Positions 34,453 to 47,682 of a stretch of DNA of 64,000 nt are shown here, one piece after another. The translations under genes and the position numbers were made by a program. The notes under the pieces are model-generated. The model was not told the origin of the DNA. It did no database searches and saw nothing but the letters and a program-made list of their open reading frames with translations. Numbering within the stretch: the stretch's first letter is position 1; each line of letters begins with the position of its first letter. Origin of the DNA: Entomortierella parvispora E1425 (lineage: Eukaryota > Fungi > Mortierellomycota); contig BQFW01000010.1 of NCBI GenBank assembly GCA_020891255.1, positions 1,426,001 to 1,490,000 of the forward strand, in the 5' to 3' direction.

Positions 34453-35798
34453 ATGACCATGGCCGAACATCGACTCCCAGCTGGCGACTTTTTCCAGTCC
34501 ACACATGCCCGCGTCGACTCGAAATTGCACTCGGACTCTTCCTCCGAAAAGATCGATGACTCTTTGTTTACACCGCTATCGCGTCCACTCTCCAGTGGGC
34601 TGCGACGATGCGCCGGAACCCGAGATCTGACCAGGTATGAGTTATATCCCTCTGCTTTTTGTCACTCAACCTAAAAAAAAGGGGACATCACGTCCAGTGC
34701 ATTCAGCGACAGACGGACAGGCCAAACAGGCAAGCAGCATCAACAAAAAAGAGGTCTTTGGATCATGACCCTCGGTCCTCTTTATCCTCCTGCTTCCCCT
34801 CTCTTTTTCTTCACATCCTTGGAGTCTCTTTTTTTCTCTCTCTCCATCGCGTTTTCCCTCCCTTTTCTCTAAACCCTATCTGATACTCACCCCTCGTTTG
34901 TATCAAAGAGAAAAAAAAACGGTCGTCCGTCTTGCACTATCTCTTTGCTAAAGCGATCATGCACTTTGCTATCATGTCTGATCCCATCCTTTTTGGTGGA
35001 CAATACTGGGGAAAAGCGTGCGAAACAAACCATAGAGACGTGCTGACATGATCACTGCTTTTGGTTATCCTCTTGTAGTATCGGATCCAATGTCAACTAC
35101 TTTGCCAAAGTCAATGTCGAATACAAGTTGGGCGACCTGTCAACACCTCTGGAAACTCTGTCATGGAAATCATTGAATGCTCCTGGACGACCCAGCGATG
35201 AGGTCGTTGTGGATAACGTAAGGAACCCTTTTTCTTTTACTTTATTCCATTCACACACACACACCCTCCGTTTAGGATAGGCGTGACGAACAGACCATCG
35301 ACATCATCCGCGCAATCCTCCACCATGCAGAAAAATGAAAACCCTTGTTTGAAAACACCTAAACTGTTTTCTGTGGTTTTTTTCTTTCTTTCCTTACCCC
35401 GTACAGTCGCATCTCTTTTATTTTTTTACTACCACCTGAATGACTCTTAACCTCAGTCTGCGACTCTTTCTTCCCCTCATTAGCTCGAAACCGTCCGCCG
35501 GTTCAAAAAGACACTTTATTCACAACTGAACCCATCGTTTGAAGAAGGATCAGAAGAGGAATCCTGGCCAGAGTTCACACTGTTTCGCAGGAACGACAGC
35601 TGTGAAGCGGGATTGGAGATCATTGAAGGCGATCAGGAGGCGCTCTACATGTTTGCACTCAAGGACGGGGACAGTGTGGTGCTTCTGGTGCACGAAACAG
35701 CGGCGCTGACGAGTCGACCGATGATGATGCCGGATCCGGTGGCCCAATGGGTCGAGGCCATGAGGGCTCAGACCGAGTTCGAGACGATGGATTGTTGA
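34453..35798 (+). CDS. Hypothetical 211-aa protein with a putative C-terminal ubiquitin-like (beta-grasp) domain, 3 exons
   Basis: Exons 34453-34634, 35079-35217 and 35484-35798 join in phase through GTATGA/TAG and GTAAGG/TAG sites with no stop. LETVRRFKKTLYSQL...LEIIEGDQEALYMFALKDGDSVVLLVH resembles the Ubl TV..LK..L / L..Y.I.DG..I.V pattern. Confidence 0.65.
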
Positions 35799-36514
35799 AG
35801 GGGGCAAAGAAAGAACAAAAGGTCGAAAGGAGAAGGGGAGACACGCAAGAAAAAGTGGGCGGAAACGGAACGGAGAGGAGAAAGAGGATCACCCATTGTC
35901 GTCATGGTCGAACCCCTTCCCCTCTCTCCTCCACACCTCTCCTGGCTCTTTTTTTTTTTCTCTCTTTTCTTCTACTTTCTCTAACGTTGAAGAAGAAAAG
36001 AGGCAGAGAGACAGAAAGGCAAGACACCAAAAGAACATAGCACACCGACCGTTCCTTGCCTCCATATTGTAACATACTAATAGTTCACCTCATACGCATT
36101 CTCGAATGGACAACACCGCTTGGTGTTCTTCAGCATACACTAATAATTGTACATCAAATAAACCAGACTTGATCCATAAAGGATAATAAACAGAACGCGC
36201 GCGTTGCACAGGAATGGGTGAGTGGACACGAGTGAGAGCCAGGCCAGTCAAAGGTCGACAGAGAGGCGAGGGCGAGGGCGAGGGCGAGAAAGGCAAAGGG
36301 GAATGAATCAAAGACATGTGCAGTACATCGTTGGAAGAAAGAACAGACACGAAAGAACGAAAGGGAAAAATGACAGTCCCTCTTCCCCTTTCCCCAGACT
36401 GACCGACCCCCGTCCGCTCTTGGCGTGGTTCTTTGGTCGCCCCCCCTGCCTTTTTTTTTTTTTTTTTCTGTTTCTCCATCCATCTCGACTCGACATCTGG
36501 ACAATACGCGAACC

Positions 36515-38096
36515 ATGCTGACTTCTGCCTCAAAGTGCCTGGTGGCCCTCGCCTTCGCCCTCGCGACCGTGACTTTGGCCGTGGCGGCTGCCGAGGACAT
36601 TGAATGCACCACCACTCATCCCACCACCAGCAAGTTTTACGACCTGCGCTCATTGATTCGCAAGGATTCAGAGTAAGAACCAAAAAAAGAAGAAGGCGAA
36701 GGCTACAACGAAGGACCCCCTCCCTCTTCCCGAAACTGTACTTTTGGGGGGCGTTTCTCGGCAACGAGAATGAAAAAAAAAAAAAAAAAAAAAAAAAAAG
36801 ACAAACAGTCATCGTCCTTTACAGGAATACTCATATTCCTTTTTTTTCATATTTTTTTTTTTGCCCGTTATTTCAGACAGGATTGGATCCCAACGACTGG
36901 AAATGACAAGTCGACGGAATACAAGTTGAATGTATGTCACAAGGTCCTTCATGAGGAATTGGGCGTCAAGGATCCTATTGGCATGAACATCGCGTCCTGG
37001 GGCAAACGGAGCAAGGGCTTTTCGTATGGGTAAGAGAAGGAGGGCACAAAATGTATTGGTAGAATCAGATGAACACAACGATGCGTTTTGTGATGCAAAT
37101 TGTCTGAGATAACCTTTTTCTTTCTTTCTTTCTTTATCGTATTTCCTCTTTTTGTTTCTTGATAATAGTGCTGTGAGCACGAGGCCATTCTTTGAAGGTA
37201 AGAAGAGGTACCTTACCTCAGGACTTTGAAAAACGAAGGCAGGAACTCGATTGAGATTCATCGAGACCAAACGAGTTGCACATAAAGAAACGCGGCCCAT
37301 TTCACTGATGACAATGAAGATCTAACAAACCACTTTTTATATATGAACTTCTTCCAACCATAGGCGACAACTTGGTTCTCAGATATGAAAGTGGCAGTGA
37401 GTGCCCGGATGCTTCCAACTACTTGAGATCGACCTTGATCCGTTTCATTTGTGATCCCTCTATCAGTGGACCGGTAAAAAAAAGAAGTCAAGGATGAACA
37501 TGATCCTGCAAAAAAAAAAAAAAAAAAAAAAAAAGGATACGTGGCACGAACTTTTGTTAACTGTTGAATTTGTTTGCCCATTTCCTGGCGAATAATCATG
37601 ATCATCGAATAGGGTAACCCAGTCCTTATTGCCAACAACAAGGAGTGCCATCTTTGGTTCGAGTGGCGTACTCCTGAGGCTTGCCCCAAGGAGCGTCCTA
37701 GTGGAAGCGGCAGCAATGGCGGTGGAATCTTTGGCACCATGTAAGGACCCGCTATTCAGCGTCATCTTGATCGTAAAACGAGTGCACATGTGTGGGCTAT
37801 TCGTTCTAACCAGAGTACTGTCTCTATTTATCATGATTCGCAGTATCGGTGTCGTGGTGGCAGTTTATTTGTTGGGAGGCATTGCCTATAACCGTGTGGT
37901 ACACCATGCGCGTGGACTCAAGCAGATCCCCAACTATCATTGGTGGGCCGAGGCGTTTGACTTTATCAAGGACATGGTCATTATCTTGTTTGCAAAGTGC
38001 TACCGTCCCAAGCGGTCGCAGACCTACCACAACCTGCCCGTGGACTCTGAGATCAACACGCTGATTGACGACGACTATGAGGATGACGAGGTCTAG
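36515..38096 (+). CDS. Mannose-6-phosphate receptor-homology type I membrane protein (MRL1/ATG27/CD-MPR-like)
   Basis: Signal peptide; C...YDLRSL; YKLNVC; LVLRYESGSECP...RSTLIRFICD; ECHLWFEWRTPEACP (MRH hallmark); TM VYLLGGIAYNR then RGLKQIPNYHWW; acidic tail with YHNL and TLIDDD sorting-like motifs. Confidence 0.9.
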
Positions 38097-38939
38097 ATGG
38101 ACAGAGATGTCTCTTTCAGGAGGGCCAGAATGGACACCATGGATCCACACGAGGTGGAGATGGGAACTTTTTTAAGAGAACATAAACAATAAAAAAAAAA
38201 GCATATATTTATTTATTTAGGTATAGTCATAGACAGAGGGACAGAGAGAGAGAGAGAGGGAGAGAGTGAAGAGAGAAGGAGAGAGGCAGCGAGAAAAGAG
38301 AGGAGAGACATGTGTGTGTGTGTGCAGGGGAGAAGGTTCAGTCCGCGATCGCCCCCTTCCCCAGGGCAGCGACGACAGCGGTTGGTGAGAGTGTCGTCGG
38401 TGCCTGAACTGGCGAGAGAGTCTGTTCCTGTACCTGTCTGTGCGTGGGCCAGTCCGGCCTGTTTTGTGTGAGCGAGTCTGTCAATAATGAGGCAGTCAAG
38501 TCAGAAGGGGCGCGGGTGTAAATACATAGTGGCTGCAATAATGGGTTGTTGCAGGCAGCGAACCAACGGGCCCGCAGAAACGAAGAAAAAAAACTTTATG
38601 TTATCTGCTGGTGGCCGTCAGTCCTCTCCTCCGCCAGTCAGTCAGTCAGTCAGTCAGAGCAGACGGCTCTCTTTTCGTTACCCTCGTTCACTCGTTCACC
38701 CCCTCATGCTCTTTTCTCTCTCCATCACTTTTTCCCTCTTTTCTCTTGCCCTTCCTTCCCCTGCCCCTTCCTATCCTAACTCGTTCTCTCATTGACAATC
38801 CATCAGCAAGCAGCCATCTTTCCACCCTCCCTCTTGGACTGTTCATTCCACCTCTTCCTCTTCATTGTCTATTCTCCTCCCTTTTTGTTCTTTATTTTTT
38901 TTTTTTTTTTTATTCTTCTTCATTCACTCATTCTAACCC

Positions 38940-39136
38940 ATGGCAGGTATGTGCTTCGACTTGCTACCCTTATGAAGCACAACAAAAAGAACAAGAGAGG
39001 GAAAGTGAGAGTGAGAGAGCACAAACAATCACTCGACATGCATCTCGTGCTCTCGAAGAAGAGGCATTCGCCCTGCAACTCCACATGGGTTCCTTGTGGA
39101 AGTGAGCCATGCGAGAACAAAACATGACCCATTCAC

Positions 39137-39168
<32 letters not shown>

Positions 39169-42100
39169 GCTTAGGTTATTTTGTCTTTTTTGTCTTGTAA
39201 AGTTGACAGGATAGATGGGCAGGTACAAAGGTCAGGCCTAGTCTCTCTTTGTCCTCCCTTTCCCCTTCTCTTCCCTGCATACAAAATATGGGTCTATTCG
39301 CCACTCGACTCCCTACCTACTTCGCCATAGTCCCCTTCCTTCAAGGGAAAGAGCGACATCTCATTGAGTGGAAAAAAAAAAGTTTATCTGGCTAAGAGTG
39401 AGTAGTGAGAGAGCATGGGCGCAGGGCCATGGTTTGCTTCCATGCATGGTGAGCGCATGTGGTGTGGTCTGCCCTGAACGAACGACCAAAAGAGAGTGGT
39501 CAGTGGCTGGATGGGTTGGGTTGGGGTTCGTTCGGTCGGTTTGGTCGGAGGGATTTGGGACCCAGTTTGTTTGTTTTCTTACCCAAGCCAAAGCAGCTGA
39601 ATATCTTGTTTTTCGATGTACCTCTTCCTCTGTGTTGTTGTTGTGCATGTGCCTCTTGAGAAAAAGACAAAGATCAAGTGAGCGACCTGACAGAAGATAA
39701 AAAAAACAAACTAAAAGTGCGGGAAATCATCGAGATGCTGCCGCCCTGCCCTGCCCTGCCCCCGAGGCCTGCCGAGGGAGAGGAGCAAAAAATAGTCTGA
39801 AATATGGCGGTTTTCTGTCAAAGCAGAGAAAAGGACAAAGGGAGAAGGGCATGGACACAGCCATCTTTACTTCTTCCTCCCCACGAGGTCTGCAGGAGGA
39901 TTGGTGTTTCAGCCATGCCGGTGGATCAGGGGTGGCGATAACAAGGCCAAGGCAGAGGTGCCTGCGTGATGCGAGTGAGGACACATGGTGCCTGGATCGA
40001 AATCGATGCAAATGCACCATGCGTGGAGAGAACCGAGAGAATGGGCAAAACAGAGAGAAAAGGGGGTCCATCCATGCCCAACGCCCCACCGCATCCCATC
40101 GATTAAACAAAAACTGATCGTCTGATGAATATTTTTGTTCTGCGTCGAGAAACTAACGGCATTGTTCTTCTCTCTCGCCCTTATTTTTCTCTTGTTGATG
40201 TTGTTTGTGTCCGCATGGCAAAAATCATCGCATGGCACAATCACAACATCCGCGCACAGATCTCGGCTTGTATTTTGGCGATGAAGACGAGGAGCAACTC
40301 GAGCAAGAGAACAAAGCTCTCTCGTACCTGGTGCTCGCTACAGACCAAGACGATGCTTTTGACCCTGTCGATACTGAGAACTTGCTAGCCCAGATGAGTG
40401 CAGGTAACAAATCGCTGCTCGCTCCTCTAACTGCCTTTGTATCTATCAATGTGTTTGCGAATGCACTGCTTACTCGGTCTCTGTCTTTTTTCAATGATGT
40501 AGAATCATTGATCTCACATCGCATGGAACTCGACGAAGAAACGAATGTGGTTCAGCTCCTTTCTGAACCAAACCTCACTGCTCTTGAAAAGGTCCAGTTG
40601 CTTTCTCAGAGTCAATATCACTTCCATCGGTAAGTTTGGAGGATTTCCTCTGGTTTTAATTGGACCGTGGAGGAAATGTGTGGATGGGGATGGGGTGTGC
40701 AATGGGTTGGACGTGCTTGTTGCATCAGAGTCCAAAAAAAACAAAATTATTGAGTCCAGAGAGCAGTGTTGGACTTTATGTTTGCTCTTCTTCTGTTCTC
40801 GTGGCAAACACAAAAGGTGGGAGAGAGTTGGCCAAGTTTTCTAATTTCGTCTGGCACCTTCTTGCACCTCTTTGTGCAACCTCCAACATGTCGATGGCGT
40901 TCGTTGACACTAATTGAAAAATCGCTCTCATCCACCTTTTTCTGGTCCTTTTGTTAGGTCCTTTTTGGCTCGAGAAATAACGACGCTTTTGCCCCAGATG
41001 GAGATGCGCGAGGCCATTGGACATGTCATACCCATCATCAAGGATTTTTCAATGGACAACATGGATGCAGTCAGAGAAGCCCTTGCCGCACAGCTCGACA
41101 AGATTGTACTATACTTTTTTAATGTAAGAGTTTTGGGCATGCAATGAGCACTGGGGAGACGAGGTCGTGTTTACTCGTATATCCGTGTTTTTTTGTCAAG
41201 AGTATTCTATCTCATGTGGTTACTCTTTTTTTTTCTCTCCTAGAATACCATAATCGACCACGATCTCTCAACGGAACCCGTTGATGACGAACAAGAGGAT
41301 CCATTGGAGGACGAATACCCTGGACAGAAACGACCCTTGCCCCATGGGATCTTCACAGCCATTTTTCTGAACCTGCTCTTGGACCAAGTCTCTGGTATTG
41401 CTCATCAGACAAGGGTGGCCGTTGCCGCTGTCTCTGAAAATGTGTCGGAGGAAATCATGGAGAGCGAGATGTTGAATGGCGTCATTGCTGGTTTGAAGAA
41501 TCTTTACAACGCACAAAGCCAGGGGGAGAGCTATGAAGAGCCTGAGGAGAACCAAGATCAGTATCAGAATGAGTTTGGTTATGGCAGCACATCCGCTAAA
41601 GAGGAAGAAGAACGGAAGGCCGAACTTGCCAAGATGCTCGTCGTCGTGGTAAGGCCACTAGAGTCAAATCTACGCTTCTTTATTTTTCAGGTATTTTTTG
41701 GCCTCTGGATATTGATTTCTTTCTTGCTGCCACACATAGCTCTTGACAACACAAGCAAAACTCCTGGGGCCTGTCAGATGTACAAACATTGTTATTCCCA
41801 CACTGGAAAAGTTTATGAACAACTCTGAATTCTATGTTCGCAAGGTCAGCATTCACAACCCTACTACTACTGCTCTGGAACAAACATCAGCAACAGTGCC
41901 CTCTGGATCCACGGGAACCACGGCCAAGAAAGGAAAACGAAGGCCATATACTGATCGTGTCGGGCAAAAACTCGCTTCTCTCTTCACCAAACAGGAGATT
42001 GTCATGGCTTTGGGAACCCTTTGTTCGATCGTGGAACCGACGGTGGTCGTGGACCAACTTTTGCCTATTTATGACGCCTTTGTTCAGGATGATACCTGGC

Positions 42101-44771
42101 ACATTCGTCGGGCTTGCTGCACCATCCTCGCTCCCTTGATCGCTGCCCTCCCCACCATGGAGATGAAGGCGAGCAAGGCCGAAGAAGTGTATGGTATCTT
42201 TTCAACCGATGTTAGTTACAGTGTCCGAAACTCCATCATGGAAGTATTGGGCGAGGTGATTGCAAAGTTTGAAAAGGAGCAGGTCCCCGATTCACTTTTG
42301 AACCATTTCTTGAGCATGGGACAGCACCCCATCAATGAATATGAGCGTGCTGTGATGTGCGCCTTCAGCTTCCCAGGTAAGAGATACTTCGTTTCTTTCA
42401 TAAATAGGACAGGAGTTGGGACAAAACATCCGATATCAGATCGCTCATTCTCACTCTTGAATTTCTTTTTCTCGTACTTTTAGCTGTCATCTTGACTGCA
42501 GGTCGGTCGAAATGGGAGCTCATGAAGCCTGTTTACATGCGTCTTGCCGGCACATTCCGGTCACCAATCCGACGCTCGCTTGCCTGTTCTTTGCACGAGG
42601 TGGCAAAGATCCTCGGGCCAGACCTGGCCGGTCGAGACTTGGCGGTGGCCTTTTCGGACTGTCTTGTGGCTGAAGATGAGGTCAAGGAAGGTGTCCTGGG
42701 CCATGTAGTGGAATTCTTGGCCGCGCTTTCAGAGGAGCACAGATCCAAGGCCCTTGAGGAACTCCATCACGCCTGGACAGATTTGGAACGCTCGAGCAAT
42801 TGGCGATTGCGTGATTCCTTGGCGGGTCACCTTCCTGCGCTGTGCGAGTTGGCCGAAGCCGAGGACTTGGTCCGGTTCCTGATGCCACTGTGCGTCAAGG
42901 CCTGCACGGACAGTGTCTCCACCATTCGAGAGTCGGGAGTCATGACTTTCCCAGCCCTTTGGGAAGCGAGTGATCGGGTCGGACCTGTGCCTGTTCCAGA
43001 GCATTCTGAGGACGAGGAAGACGAAGAGGAGGAAGAGAAGGATGCACAGGTCGCCCCTACAGCGGGAGAGGATGTGGAGATGCAAGACATGACTGATGCC
43101 TCCATTACAAACGATATATGCGACGAGTCGACCTCCAAGCCCACCTCTTCATCGGCTTCCGAAAACATCATCACGAAAATGACGACACTCAAGGAGCAAG
43201 TGATTCTCCAGACGGCCGATTTTGGTATCCATGGCACCTTCCGATCCCGGGTTGTGGCGGTTCAAATTATCCAGTCGCTTCTGGACCACGGGATCACGAT
43301 TGAAGAATTTGAGCAGCATTTCATGCCGTTGATGATTGAACATTTGGCAGTTGACAGCGTAGCAAATGTTCGGATCTGGACCGCCAGAGTCGTCACTTGG
43401 ATCGTGGAGAATGGCTTCTATGGCGATGCACCTGTTTGTGAACCGATTCAGGAACTTTTGTTGAGACTTCAGCAGGATTCTGACAGAGATGTTCGTATCT
43501 ACTCTGGTGGCCCAGCCGAGTTGAACCCACCACTCAAGAAGAAGAAAAAGTCGTCCAAGAAGTCCAAGAAGGAGGGCAAGACATCTGCGACCAAGAAAAA
43601 GGTTTCGGCCGTTTTCCACCAGAACCCAAAGCATGGAGAGCCGGCGACCATGGAGGAGGAGGAGATTGACATTGAAAATGTTGATGACGAGGAGGGCGAG
43701 CAAGTACAGGTGCAGGTACTCTTCCAAAAGGACGAGGACGAGAGTAACAGTGGTGAAGAGGAGGAGGATGACGAGGAGGATGACAGCAGTGATGAGAGCT
43801 CTGAAGAGGAAGAAGTGGAACAGAGGACCACTATCACGACCAGAGTAGCCAAGACGAGTTGGGATGATGTGCCTGACGCAGAGGACGAGGATATCGACAT
43901 TGGTGACGAACATTCAGAATACGAGCTTTCACCGCGCCGCTCGATCCTTGCTGAAGATGAGGATGAGGATGAGGACGAGGAAGGAATTGCAGACCGTGTT
44001 GTTCCTTTTTCGACCTTGACAGCCAATGGCGCCAGCCCTCTGGATGTCGAGATGGAGGAGCCAGAGATGGCAGCAGAGGAGGGATCTTTGGAGACCACCC
44101 CATCGTCTTCTGCATGGTCCCCGCAGACTTCACAGTCAACGTCACCCGAGCGTTCCGGTCCGTCGGAAAGTGCGTTCCCACCCCTCTCTCCTTCGTCCCC
44201 TTCAACCATTAGCACCGCTCAGATGACTCCTTCTTGCCCTGTGGCGCAATCGACTCTGACATATGCCGGTGTTGCAAAGGCCAAGCAGCTCTCGTCCAAC
44301 CTGAGCTCGTTGACCTCGTTCAGTCAAGCCAACATCCCCGAGCCGTCAGTCGCGTCCACACTCGAGTCCAAGACCGCTTCCAATGCGGACAACCACTCTT
44401 CCAACGATGACAATGAGGGCGACGATGACTCTGAAGAGGAAGACGAGGTCGTGTTCCAGGGTCGTCGCCAATGGCTCACCAGCAGAACCGGTCACCACCT
44501 GGTGGCGCGCCACCAGAACACTGAGCTGCTGACGTCCTTCCCTTCCCTGTCTTCTCCACCTTCATCCTCAAATTCGTCGTCATCGCCATCCTCCTCATCG
44601 GCCCTGACTTCGGCGTCCTCGTCTTCTGCCGTAGCAGCCGTGGCCGCTGCAGCTACGTTACCCTTCTCATATGCCTCCGTCGTCGCGTCTGGGGCCCCTC
44701 TGCATTCCGCTTTCTCACAACCATTGCAACCCGTGATGGCCTCTTCTTCTTCATCTGCATATTCATTCTAA
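38940..44771 (+). CDS. HEAT-repeat protein, PP4 regulatory subunit 1-like, with a long acidic/Ser-rich tail
   Basis: ATG GCA G|GTATGT at 38940 splices across a 1313-nt intron to DLGLYFGDEDEE. HEAT repeats (DDTWHIRRACC, TDVSYSVR). VILTAGRSKWELMKPVYMRLAGTFRSPIRRSLACSLHEVAKILG and SNWRLR match the PPP4R1 pattern; DSDRDVR ends the last HEAT. Confidence 0.82.
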
Positions 44772-45070
44772 GAAGGGGGGAAAACAAACCAAACATACAA
44801 AAAAAAAAAAAAAAAAAAACGGATTTTCATACATTTCAGTTCATTTTTTTCATCATCATAAAGCTTTGTAATATTATTCTTGGAAAAAAAAAAAACGTTG
44901 CACTTGGATCACTGAAGGATGAAGGTCGATCTCATACTTTGACCAGGGACGTGCATATCCGATACCGCTCTTGTAGTTCTCCAAAAATGGGTAACAGAAT
45001 TGACAATTTTAATGAAGATGACGAGGGGAGGGAATCAAAATATAATACGAAGAGGGGGGGATAACTCGAC

Positions 45071-46770
45071 TTAGACAACAACGGACCAGCCGGCGGGTCC
45101 CTGGACATCACCATACTGGATATCCATGATAGAGTCGTTAATACGCTTGGTCAACTTTCCGGCCTGGGAGGTCTTGTCAGAAGGATCAAGAGGAACGTGG
45201 ATATCATGACCATCATAGTGGATTCTCTTGATGGGGCAAACAATGCAGGCAGTTCCGGCGCCTAAAGAGTTGCGAAAAAAAAGAGGCGCAGAGCATAGAG
45301 TCATGAGTTGTTTGGTTTTGGTTCGATAAGAAGCAGTAGATATGGGGGGACCATGAGTCAATATCCGGGAAACAAAAATAAAGAAAAAGTGAGCCAAATG
45401 AGTAACCCTCTCAGATCCACGATCTGCTTCTTGTGCAACGTTGTCCTTTCAGGTACAGAGATCTCCTTGCATTTGATTGCATGATGAAAAGTCGCCGTCG
45501 TCCGTTTGTGCAATGGTCCACGGCAAAAAGAGGAGACACATGGCACGACTGACTGCGGACAAAAAAAAAAAAAATTGAAATCAAAAATCAAGAAAAAGAC
45601 TTACCGAACATCTCAATGATACGACCCTCCTTATCGGCCTTGACAAGGTCCTTCATGGTGAACTTGCGCTCCGAGACCTTGAACTCGCCCCACTGACGGG
45701 CCAAGGACAAGATACTGTCACGGGTGACACCGGGCAAGATCTGACCGTCCAAGGCAGGGGTGACCAACTCGGTCTCGCCCTGCTCGTTCTTCCAGTAGAC
45801 AAAGCAGTTCATGGTACCGACCTCGGTGACCTGGTGGTCCTCGCCAAACAACCACAAGTTCTGCTGGAAGCCCTCCTTGTTGGCATCCAACTGAGGCTTG
45901 ATGCAAGGGGCATAGTTGCCTCCGACCTTGGAGTCACCCGTTCCACCGGGCCAGGCACGGACCTTCTCGGTCGTGGCCAACAAGTTGACGGCGGCGAATC
46001 CCGAAGGGAAGTAAGGGCCGACGGGGGAAGCAATGACAAAGATCATGGCCTTGTTGGAAGCACCGACACCCAAGGACTCTTGGGTTCCGATCATGGTGGG
46101 GCGCAAGTACAAAGAGTAACCGCGACCCTTGGGGATCCAGCGATCATCCACCTTCAAGAACTCGCCAATCAACTTTGTCAACTCCTCGCCCTCGAAGCTC
46201 TACAAGATGAACATGAAGGAATAAAATAGTCAGTTTTTTTTCCCATCTAAAAAAACAATTCTCAGGCACAAGGGGAGGAAACGAAACAAAATAAAAACCC
46301 AATAAAAAAAAAAAGAGGTTTTTCCTTACGGGAAGGGCAATGCGACCAGCACTGCGGTTGAAACGCTTCATGTTCATGTCAGGGCGGAAGAGACGGGTCT
46401 TTCCGTCCTTGTCCTTGTAAGCCTTCATGCCCTCGAAACACTCAAAGGCATAGTGGAAGACGACGGCGGAGGGATCCAACTGGAGCTTTCCGTACTCCTT
46501 GATCTGGGGGGTACCCCAACCCTTGCCAGCCTCCCACTCGACGGTCAACATGTGGTCGGTGAAGGTCTTGCCAAAGACCAACTCGGAGTTGGCCTGGAGC
46601 TTCTTTTGCTTGGAAGACTTCTCGACCTCGAGCTTGGAGGCATCCAAGGGAGCCAACTGAGAGCTGTAGAAGCGGGAGAAGGAGGTGGAGAGGACCTTGG
46701 GGCTGTAAGAGGATGAAGCAAAGGCGTTGTGGGCCTTGATGGCCTGGCGCATGGTTCTTTGGACAAACAT
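45071..46770 (-). CDS. BAT1: Branched-chain amino acid aminotransferase, mitochondrial presequence
   Basis: Presequence [14 protein letters not shown]...; [12 protein letters not shown]; [15 protein letters not shown]; [11 protein letters not shown]; LYLRPTMIG; [16 protein letters not shown] (PLP Lys); EVGTMN; [11 protein letters not shown]; GAGTACIV. Confidence 0.96.
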
Positions 46771-47682
46771 TGAGAGGAGAGGAGAGGAGAGGAGATGCGG
46801 TGAAATGTACAAGAGAGGAGAGAAAGGATGAAGAGATCTGAAAAGGGGAAGAGAAAGAAGAGCAAAGCTGTGGAGAGAGGGGAGAGGAGAGTGAAAACAG
46901 CGAAAAAAGTGGACACGGAGAACGGCCGCGGTTGGTTTCTGGGGGTGTGTGGGCGGGTGACTGAAGTGAGTGAAGGTGGGAGGAAGGAGAAGGGAGAAGG
47001 GAAGGATCTCTCTCGCGCCATAGCATCACCTGACCGTGAGAAGAAACCTTGCAGGGCGTGGATCAGATCGGCTCTTTCTTTTTTTTTTCTTTTTTTTTTT
47101 TTTTCTTTTTCTTTTGTTCTCTTTCTGTCGGATGATGGAGGGCGTTGCAGCTGCTTCCTGCTCTGCTGCTGCTGCTGGTGGGTGGGTGGATCGTTCTTTT
47201 TCTTTTTTCTTTTTTGTTTTTTCTTTTTGTTTTCATTCGGTCGGCCGTTCTTTGTCTCTACTCGGTTCACCCCCCTTTTGACCCCACTCCGACAGTCTGC
47301 GCCGTTGCAGAACTGTCATCATGATCCATAACTAGGACACAGAGAGACTCCACTGTGCAAGTGGCGCTATTATACTCCATCTTTGATTTCTAATTCTATC
47401 CTCACCTTGACCTCTGGGTCAGGCCATCTTGGGACCCCAACCCCAAGGACATTTTTCTTTCAGGCACTCTTCTTTGAAAGGACAACAGATCACAGTCACA
47501 ACGCGCGTTGAAGCTAAGCCTCCCACAATGTAGAGAAAACGCGAATGTGTCTCGAGTCATTCATCCACTCAACGACCGCGACAAGGAGACAGGAACATCA
47601 ACTCGAGACATCAAATTCAAAGGAGCACGGCCATCCTATTACAATTGCGACCTAGCAGGCATTGCAGAAAACAACCACCATC

